A stretch of 64,000 bases of DNA, from the IMG/VR virus record IMGVR_UViG_3300008262_003578, one strand, 5' to 3'. Positions 57,551-64,000 of the stretch are shown here, piece by piece. The notes under the pieces were generated by a model, which did no database searches, was not told the origin of the DNA, and was given only the letters and a program-made list of their open reading frames with translations. Both the position numbers and the translations under genes were made by a program. Origin of the DNA: a virus. The stretch's first letter is position 1; each line of letters begins with the position of its first letter.

Positions 57551-58485
57551 TTTCAGATATTAAAAGAATACTAAAAGAAACTCTTGAAGGAGGGACTGAA
57601 GGTAGAGTTTTATCTAATAAAGAAATTAAACTCTTCAAAACAATTAATGCGAAAAAGAAAGATTTAGGTAGTAAGGCTAAATTAATTGAGTTTATCCAAA
57701 TGATGTTAAACTTAATGGGTAAGAATACTTCTGAAGCCAGATTTTACTATGAAGTGTACACTCAAAACTACAGACCTGAAGGTGATTATGAGAATTTAAC
57801 TCAAGACAATTTTAAGGACCTTAGAGGGTTCAAACAAAGAAAGACTCCTAACAATACCGCTTGGGAATTTACAACAGCTAGAATACCTTTTAAAGGGAGT
57901 AATTTAGAGGGTGAGTGGGATGATGATAGTAAAGGTGTGTGGTATTATGTTGTTAAATCATATGGTTGGTATCCAGTATACATTTATAAAAACGGACAAT
58001 GGTATGGTGTAAGTAATACTTATTCATCATCAACATCAAAACAAATGTCAAATGCAAGACCAAGAATTTGGAATGATAATTTAAAAAGTGAGATTGTTTA
58101 TTTATCACCTGAAGAAATGAAGGGTGTTATGTATACAGGTAAAAATTTAGAGGATATTGAAAGTGAAAGATATCAAGGTTTTGTAGGGGCTAAAGATGGA
58201 CATGGTATGGACATTAATAGAACCAAAACTTTTGGATGGGGTAATGATAAGATTAAAGCGTCGTTTAAAATTGATAAAGTTGATATAGAAGGCGATGATG
58301 TAATTTTTAATATTCAAATTAAAAAGGCGGGTAATGTGGAAGGGACAAATAGAATGGTTCAGTTTACTGATGGATACCCTGAAGATTTTAAAAAGAAACT
58401 TGATGAATATCTAACCCAATATATTAATCAACTTTTTGGTCAGGAACTAAGAAGAAAGAACATTGTTGTTAGTGTTAAATATTAA
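57547..58485 (+). CDS. Tagged hypothetical protein
   Basis: MISDIKRILKE; YVVKSYGWYP.YIYK..QWY...YSSSTSKQ motif. Confidence 0.7.
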   Translation: MISDIKRILKETLEGGTEGRVLSNKEIKLFKTINAKKKDLGSKAKLIEFIQMMLNLMGKNTSEARFYYEVYTQNYRPEGDYENLTQDNFKDLRGFKQRKTPNNTAWEFTTARIPFKGSNLEGEWDDDSKGVWYYVVKSYGWYPVYIYKNGQWYGVSNTYSSSTSKQMSNARPRIWNDNLKSEIVYLSPEEMKGVMYTGKNLEDIESERYQGFVGAKDGHGMDINRTKTFGWGNDKIKASFKIDKVDIEGDDVIFNIQIKKAGNVEGTNRMVQFTDGYPEDFKKKLDEYLTQYINQLFGQELRRKNIVVSVKY

Positions 58486-59189
58486 TGAGAACATTTGAGT
58501 GGTGTGGTTATGAATGGATAACCCAAGAAAGATGGGGTCAAATACACCCTGAAAAATCACACTGGTGGTATGATGAATCTTGTGTTTCAGTTGATAAACA
58601 AAATCATTTACACCTTAAAACTAAATATAATCCTAAACGATTTGAGGAATTGAATTTGACATCACCCATAGGTGTTGGGTTGGTTTCTTGTACTAATAAG
58701 TTTAAATATGGCGTCTTTAGTATTGAAGCCAAATTACCACATGGTAAGAATTTGTGGCCGGCATTTTGGATGTGGAGTTGGGATAGTTGGCCGCCAGAAA
58801 TTGATGTCTTTGAGGGGTATAGTGATAATCACCCAAATTACTTAAAATTAAGGTTAAATAAACCTTTTGGTTTTTGGAATCTACAGACAAATTTACATTA
58901 TAAAAATGGGGATGACTCAAAAATGGTTGGAGGTAAAACTCACTATTTCGGATTTAAAGACCCTACCAAATATTTTATGAATTATAGTGTGGAGTGGGCT
59001 AAAGATTACGTTAAGTTCTATTATGACGACATCTTGGTTAGGACTATCAAAGATGAAGAAATCCTTAAACAACTTGATAATACAACTATGAATGTGATTA
59101 TTAATAATGGGGTTATTGAGAGTGTTGATAGACAATACCCACCTGAATCAGATTTTGTTATTAGGAATTTTAAATACTCTTTCGGTTAA
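58485..59189 (+). CDS. Glycoside hydrolase family 16
   Basis: FKYG..SIEAKLP.G..LWPAFW, EIDVFE catalytic motif, YSVEW. Confidence 0.85.
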   Translation: MRTFEWCGYEWITQERWGQIHPEKSHWWYDESCVSVDKQNHLHLKTKYNPKRFEELNLTSPIGVGLVSCTNKFKYGVFSIEAKLPHGKNLWPAFWMWSWDSWPPEIDVFEGYSDNHPNYLKLRLNKPFGFWNLQTNLHYKNGDDSKMVGGKTHYFGFKDPTKYFMNYSVEWAKDYVKFYYDDILVRTIKDEEILKQLDNTTMNVIINNGVIESVDRQYPPESDFVIRNFKYSFG

Positions 59190-59667
59190 CTTTATATATA
59201 TCATTTTTTAGCCATCTCGTTTCAATATGACTACCATCAACTACTTGAGGTTCTCTAACTGGTTCACTATCAAATTCATTTATATCTCCAACCATGTCCA
59301 TAAAGTCCTTCAGTTCTACAATATCTTTTTTATCGGATGAATAAGATTCTAATTCTAATTCATAATCGGTTCTAGTTGTTTGTTCCTCATATATTGAATA
59401 TGGAAATCTGTACTTGTTAAGAGTAGGTCTTTGTAATGGTTGAGTCATTTCACCACCCTCAAAATCTTCCCTATTAAGTTTAATTAATTCCATAACATAA
59501 GTGACATCAACATAATCAATCATTGAAATACCCATAACTTTAAGATAATTTTGACATGCTTCGTCAATCTCTTCCATACTACTATGATTACTAACTGAAT
59601 CGTAAACTTTTTTAACTAATGCGAATAACATTCTATCGGGAACTTGTTCTAATAAGGATTTGTTCAT
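59170..59667 (-). CDS. Hypothetical protein
   Basis: Start moved to 59667 (MNKSLLEQ) behind TATTTAT at 59683-59689. Confidence 0.7.
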   Translation of the reverse strand: MNKSLLEQVPDRMLFALVKKVYDSVSNHSSMEEIDEACQNYLKVMGISMIDYVDVTYVMELIKLNREDFEGGEMTQPLQRPTLNKYRFPYSIYEEQTTRTDYELELESYSSDKKDIVELKDFMDMVGDINEFDSEPVREPQVVDGSHIETRWLKNDIYKVNRKSI

Positions 59668-59711
59668 ATATTTGACTTTACAATAAATATTAATAAAAAT
59701 GATAATCGTGT

Positions 59712-59740
59712 TTGACTTAATAATAAACATTACATATACT
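59712..59740 (+). promoter_or_regulatory. Canonical promoter TTGACT-17-TATACT
   Basis: Drives the DIP1984-like gene and downstream RNA. Confidence 0.6.
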
Positions 59741-59757
59741 TTCTAAAACAACAAATC

Positions 59758-60192
59758 ATGACAGTAAAACAGGCATTAAAACAGAAGAATTTATTGGTTA
59801 AAAAAATCAATGAAGATATTAGAAAAGTTCACACATATAACTCAGTTGATGAGGGAAATACCAGACCATACTCAACAAAAGAGTTACTTAATAAAATTAT
59901 GGAGACCACTAAAGAATTGGTTGACCTAAAGACAAAAATCCATTTGGCAAACGCACCCGTGTACCATAAAATTTTTGAATTATCAGAACTTAAAAATACT
60001 GTGACGTTTTTGAAAGGTTTAGACTGTTCAGAAGGTAAAGTGGTTGATAGATATACTCGCTCACAGGAGCCAACTATCAAAGTTGCAGAGTTATCAGTAA
60101 TAGAAAGAGATAACTTGGTTGAGGGGTTTGAAAACAGAATTGAGTTACTCCAAGAAGAATTGGATACCCACAATGCAACAACCCACATTTAA
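59758..60192 (+). CDS. DIP1984-family-like alpha-helical hairpin protein
   Basis: M...AL..K..L.KKI...N....G....Y...ELL......ELVDLK.KI..AN...I.EL.ELK...L...DRY.RS......L....D.....E..I..LQ.ELD..N.TT.I matches the remembered DIP1984 pattern. Confidence 0.65.
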   Translation: MTVKQALKQKNLLVKKINEDIRKVHTYNSVDEGNTRPYSTKELLNKIMETTKELVDLKTKIHLANAPVYHKIFELSELKNTVTFLKGLDCSEGKVVDRYTRSQEPTIKVAELSVIERDNLVEGFENRIELLQEELDTHNATTHI

Positions 60193-60201
60193 TTGTGGGT
60201 T

Positions 60202-60384
60202 AGCCTGAGATGTAGATAGAGTTATATTAATAAAGTTACAATTGTTTCTAGAAGAGTCGCCGATGATATGATTTGGATTACATAGGTCTCAAAAGTCAAG
60301 TGTCAAGTTTTCAGAAATTTAATAATGTCATTACTTAAAACTCACTATAAACCTTAATATAATTCACTACTCTCAGGTTTTTTT
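60202..60384 (+). ncRNA. ~180-nt structured RNA closed by a ~23-bp long-range stem and U-tract
   Basis: cctgaga(60204-10)/tctcagg(60371-77), gtag/ctac, gagttatattaa(60219-30)/ttaatataattc(60354-65); T7 at 60378-84; ORF-free. Confidence 0.65.
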
Positions 60385-60426
60385 AAAAAAATTCATCCTA
60401 CCTATTGTGGGAATGGATTTATTACC

Positions 60427-60434
60427 TATCTTTG
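60427..60434 (+). promoter_or_regulatory. Bacteroidetes-type -7 element
   Basis: TATCTTTG with TTG 19 nt upstream. Confidence 0.6.
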
Positions 60435-60455
60435 TTAAACCAAAACGATAGAGAT

Positions 60456-61196
60456 ATGACAACTACAAACACCACATCAAAAGTAAGAAACTACCAAGGC
60501 ACTAACTCATTCATCAACAAGATGAAAGATGCCCTCAACAAGTACGGCAAACTAACTCAGAAACAAGCTGAGGCGGCTGAGAAAATCCTTAACAGCGTAA
60601 CTAAAGTAAATGTGGAGACCCTTCCTGAAGAAATGAAGGCTATCGCTAACTACGAGGGTGAGAACTCATTCGTGAAAGAAATCAAATCTAAATTGATGAC
60701 CTACGGGACATTAACACCAAACCAAGTGTCGGCAGCGAACGCTCAAATCCAAAAAGAGAAGAACAAGGCTAACACCCTTAAAGTAAGAATCCCTGTGTTG
60801 GGTGAGACAATCCAACTTCGTCGCAAAACTGCGGAAGGTCTTAAAGAGAAATACGGATTGGAGTTCAATCCACTCTTGATTGATGTGACTAAAATCTTGT
60901 CTATCTCCCCAAAAGCAATCCAAGTGGCGGGTAAACTTACAGTTAAGAGAGGTAAAATCTGTAACTGTTGCGCAAGAACTCTAACTGACGAGTTCTCAAT
61001 GTTGACAGGTCTTGGTAAGACATGTGCAGGTCACTTGGGAGTTCCTTACATCACAGATGCAAGTCAAGCTGAGAAGTTCCGTATGGACTACTTGAAACGA
61101 GTAGAAGAAATTGGTGAAATGGAGGTTTGGATTCCTTTTTCTCAAATCAAAGTCCTAAGTGACAAACTTGAAGTGGTTCTTAAAATGGTAAAATAA
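60456..61196 (+). CDS. Early protein: two helical repeat modules + C-terminal DUF6011-like Zn finger
   Basis: CNCCARTLTDEFSMLTGLGKTC matches C..C.R.LTD..S...G.G..C; start moved to 60456. Confidence 0.7.
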   Translation: MTTTNTTSKVRNYQGTNSFINKMKDALNKYGKLTQKQAEAAEKILNSVTKVNVETLPEEMKAIANYEGENSFVKEIKSKLMTYGTLTPNQVSAANAQIQKEKNKANTLKVRIPVLGETIQLRRKTAEGLKEKYGLEFNPLLIDVTKILSISPKAIQVAGKLTVKRGKICNCCARTLTDEFSMLTGLGKTCAGHLGVPYITDASQAEKFRMDYLKRVEEIGEMEVWIPFSQIKVLSDKLEVVLKMVK

Positions 61197-61200
61197 GAAC

Positions 61201-61257
61201 AAACCCCCTCAAAAAGGGGGTTTTATTTTTTGTATTCGGATATTTATTATATATTTG
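61201..61257 (+). terminator. Terminator followed by TATTTAT (61241) and -7 element (61250-61257)
   Basis: aaaccccct/agggggttt stem + T-run. Confidence 0.7.
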
Positions 61258-61276
61258 TAGAACAAATAATAAAAAG

Positions 61277-61462
61277 ATGAAAAGTAAATTACCATTCGCA
61301 GTTAACTACACCAAAGAGATGTCTGAAAAGTTCAACAAAGAACTTAAAGAGTCTGGCAAATGTTCTGTTCAAAATCCTGATTTCTACGGCAATTGGAATC
61401 TTGTTGAGGTTGGAACGCCTGAGTATGAATTTGCTTTCAGTAAGAAACGAGTTAAAAAGTAA
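61277..61462 (+). CDS. Small hypothetical protein
   Basis: 61-aa ORF after promoter. Confidence 0.65.
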   Translation: MKSKLPFAVNYTKEMSEKFNKELKESGKCSVQNPDFYGNWNLVEVGTPEYEFAFSKKRVKK

Positions 61463-62079
61463 TGCGTGAGTTAATAAGGACATTATTAAAAGAGATTAGG
61501 TTTTCACAAGAAAGGGCTGATGAACTAAAAAAGAAATTTGGTTGGAGATTCGTTCAGAGTGATAGACCAAAGTCAGGTAAATTATATAACAAGAATCATA
61601 TTTATACCTTTAGGACTCCTAAATACAAGTACAATGTTTACATTGAGGAATATGATTATGATTTTTTCATTATTTCATTTTTTCCTAAGTTAAATAAAGA
61701 TTTCTATGTAAGACAAGCCAGGATGGCCTCAGCAGGACAAAAGTACTATGATGAATATAGTTACTTAACAAAGGAAAATATGCCACTCCAAATACTATCA
61801 CTAATGATGGGTCAAATGAAAGAGATTTTAAAAGATAAACCTTATGCATCGTTTGGTTATTTTGGTGCTCCTGACATTAAAACTGGTGAAGATGATGACT
61901 TATTTAACACCAAAAGAGTAAGGGTTTACAATCAAATGATTTACGACACCTTTTCTGAAACACACAAAATTATATCTGACCCTACATTTAGTGGGTCCGT
62001 AATTATTAATAAAGAAGTTCTTGAGGAATACCCGTATTTCAAAAAGTATTGCTTGGATATATTGGAAACACATTTGTAA
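61462..62079 (+). CDS. Tagged hypothetical protein
   Basis: MRELIRTLLKE N-terminus. Confidence 0.7.
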   Translation: MRELIRTLLKEIRFSQERADELKKKFGWRFVQSDRPKSGKLYNKNHIYTFRTPKYKYNVYIEEYDYDFFIISFFPKLNKDFYVRQARMASAGQKYYDEYSYLTKENMPLQILSLMMGQMKEILKDKPYASFGYFGAPDIKTGEDDDLFNTKRVRVYNQMIYDTFSETHKIISDPTFSGSVIINKEVLEEYPYFKKYCLDILETHL

Positions 62080-62082
62080 GTA

Positions 62083-62769
62083 ATGAATATTGAGAGTATA
62101 TACAAAGCATTCCTTAAATTCAGTAAAGGCTCAATTAAAAAAGATGGGTTTAACTTACACATTACCAATATAGGTAAGGATAATAAGGATAAGATAACTT
62201 TTTATTTTGATTTTGAACCATTGGGTGATATGTCTTATCAAAAATCAGGTCTTGAGGAGGTTGCTTGGGATGAGATTGTTTTGTTCATTAAAATACTTGG
62301 AAATCTTAATTTTGATTGGGAAAGATTGGATGTTGTAGTTAACATGGGAAAATACCCAAACCCATACCTTTCAAAAAAATTTGAGAAAAAAATAGATAAC
62401 ATACTAAACGATATTAAAGTCGTTGAATTATGTGAGGGTGTTTGTGTTAAGATTGAAGTTGAACACATTAATACAAACATAACCATTCAAGATGACAAGT
62501 CATCATCTTCAGGTACAATGCTCTTTTTTGAGAATTTTGTTAGACCCATAAAAGGTTATGTTAAAATGTCCAAAAATGGGGGATATGAAGAAGTTAGTGT
62601 GGAAGATGCGGTAACTACCTATAAAGAGATTCAAAGATTTAATAGGTTTTTAGATAGTGATACAAACTATTTATCAATAGATGATGTGGTAGGTGAGGAG
62701 ATTGGATTCAATGACACCAACCAAGTTATATATGTTTTAACAAGATTTGTAAATGAAGGTAATAATTAA
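62083..62769 (+). CDS. Hypothetical protein
   Basis: 228-aa ORF. Confidence 0.7.
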   Translation: MNIESIYKAFLKFSKGSIKKDGFNLHITNIGKDNKDKITFYFDFEPLGDMSYQKSGLEEVAWDEIVLFIKILGNLNFDWERLDVVVNMGKYPNPYLSKKFEKKIDNILNDIKVVELCEGVCVKIEVEHINTNITIQDDKSSSSGTMLFFENFVRPIKGYVKMSKNGGYEEVSVEDAVTTYKEIQRFNRFLDSDTNYLSIDDVVGEEIGFNDTNQVIYVLTRFVNEGNN

Positions 62770-63274
62770 CGAAAGTTCTGTAGTAAAGGTCTTGGAGAGA
62801 GTTTGGTCTCAGGACCCATACTTTGATGGGGATAAACTTAAAATGTTTGGTATAAGTCCCAAAAATCCTTCCGCACAAATGTTATTCCAAAAGTTTATTG
62901 GGTTAGAAGAAATGACCAAAAGAGCTGAGAATATAATGAAAGACCTCAATAACAAAGATTTCAATGTAGATAATTGTGGAACATACGATATAGATTTTAA
63001 AATTGTACATACATTTATTGATGAAGGGCATGCGGGACTTCAATATTTTTATATAAATTGTGATGTTGACTATGGGACCTCATCAGCGGTGATACCTTTT
63101 TATGACCCAAATGCCGAGCGTAAATCATTATCTAATGTTATGGATGATGAAGAAACTGCTTGGGAAATTAGAAGTGAGATTATTGAATGTATTGAGGACT
63201 ATTTTGATGAAGACCTTGAGTTCAGAAAGAAAACTGGTATGAGTGTTATTGCTAAGTTAATTACGATAAGTTAA
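62753..63274 (+). CDS. Tagged hypothetical protein
   Basis: MKVIINE N-terminus. Confidence 0.7.
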   Translation: MKVIINESSVVKVLERVWSQDPYFDGDKLKMFGISPKNPSAQMLFQKFIGLEEMTKRAENIMKDLNNKDFNVDNCGTYDIDFKIVHTFIDEGHAGLQYFYINCDVDYGTSSAVIPFYDPNAERKSLSNVMDDEETAWEIRSEIIECIEDYFDEDLEFRKKTGMSVIAKLITIS

Positions 63275-63284
63275 TTACAGAATA

Positions 63285-63312
63285 AAAAACCCCACCTGTG
63301 AGATGGGGATTT
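63285..63312. terminator. Bidirectional terminator
   Basis: cccca/tgggg stem between convergent genes. Confidence 0.6.
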
Positions 63313-63315
63313 AAA

Positions 63316-63924
63316 TTACTTAATATCTGTAGACTCTAATAGTGTGTAACTAAATTTGTTTCCGTGAATCTTTGATGCTTTTTTACAGATTGATAAAAAT
63401 ACATCAAAGTCCATAACTCGTTTGAACACCTGACATCCGTGCGACCAATCGTCAACCCAAGTGGAATCTCTACCTGATTTGTGAATATTGATACCAAACA
63501 TACCAGTATCGGTAGTTTTCTCGTCGTAAACCAAATCTTTATTAGCATCTCTCCACACCGTAACATTACCATTTCTTTGACAAAGAGCGTCGTATTTACC
63601 TTGATGTTTATCTATGGACCATACACTTCTGTATTGATTTGGAACCAATCTAGCAACGCCCTTACCATTGGTAAACCCTTGAACACCCTTTTTACCTGGG
63701 TCGCAAGTACCACCCCAACAGTAAAATTGCCATTCACCCTTTTCATCTTTAAATGAAATTGTTAAATGGTCATCAAATACATTGGTCACTTTCTTTGCAA
63801 CGGATGGAGAATTGTTTCTAACACCTACGATATTAACATCGTAACTTTTGTTTGATTTATCTTCAAACCAAACATAACCTTTAGCTTTTACAGCCGATTC
63901 AATTTGTTCTCTTGTATAACTCAT
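63316..63924 (-). CDS. L,D-transpeptidase (YkuD)-like cell-wall enzyme / second endolysin candidate
   Basis: GINIHKSG...WSHGCQVF His...SxGC motif; TATTTAT at 63938-63944. Confidence 0.65.
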   Translation of the reverse strand: MSYTREQIESAVKAKGYVWFEDKSNKSYDVNIVGVRNNSPSVAKKVTNVFDDHLTISFKDEKGEWQFYCWGGTCDPGKKGVQGFTNGKGVARLVPNQYRSVWSIDKHQGKYDALCQRNGNVTVWRDANKDLVYDEKTTDTGMFGINIHKSGRDSTWVDDWSHGCQVFKRVMDFDVFLSICKKASKIHGNKFSYTLLESTDIK

Positions 63925-64000
63925 AATCTTTTTTGTAATAAATATATTTAATTATATAAATTATTTGTAAGATGGAGGAATATGATGACTATGGTTTCGG

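Noticed and set aside
1-64000. Stop-codon reassignment, as in some huge phages
   Set aside because: Long recognisable genes are intact in code 11, and TAA, TAG and TGA all end genes at junctions with tight overlaps
1-64000. CRISPR array, TIGR-like array or Cas genes
   Set aside because: No regularly spaced non-coding repeats seen; the PD-(D/E)XK nuclease sits with primase/SbcCD, not with cas genes
63972-64000. ORF start MEEYDDYGFG at the window edge
   Set aside because: Too short within the window to support a call

Overview
Very AT-rich, densely coding 64-kb segment of a jumbo/'huge' tailed phage genome (standard code 11), almost certainly infecting a Bacteroidetes host: TAnnTTTG -7 promoters, A-rich SD-less start regions, a Bacteroidetes-type sigma70, SprB repeats, an Hc1-like protein and a Bacteroidetes-like glutamine synthetase. 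Contents in order: virion/structural genes incl. a 1750-aa Thr/Pro mucin-like protein and Cys-rich paralogues (0-12 kb); RuvC-like resolvase, primase, PD-(D/E)XK nuclease, SbcCD, sigma70 (3.6-20.7 kb); lysis-like and head-associated genes (20.8-26.4 kb); DnaJ, an RHH+LAGLIDADG cassette, Dam, LRR, DUF932, PcfJ, thioredoxin/glutaredoxin, a degenerate MetK-like protein, glutamine synthetase (28-42 kb); a tail-fibre module (43-49 kb); a second MTase, a pre-toxin-like protein, DHH, DUF192, NUDIX, an RHH+HNH cassette, RmlC, ferritin-like, GH16, and a DIP1984-like gene followed by a ~180-nt structured RNA (49-64 kb). Best candidates for undescribed biology: (1) the DIP1984-like protein + long closed-stem ncRNA unit; (2) a recurring N-terminal '..[IL][IL]xE' helix tag on ~12 unrelated late proteins (putative capsid-loading/protease-cleavage signal); (3) RHH-homing endonuclease cassettes with the same overlap junction but unrelated nucleases; (4) three promoter classes; (5) possible virion glycosylation. 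All family assignments are from motif recognition by eye; no database searches were run.
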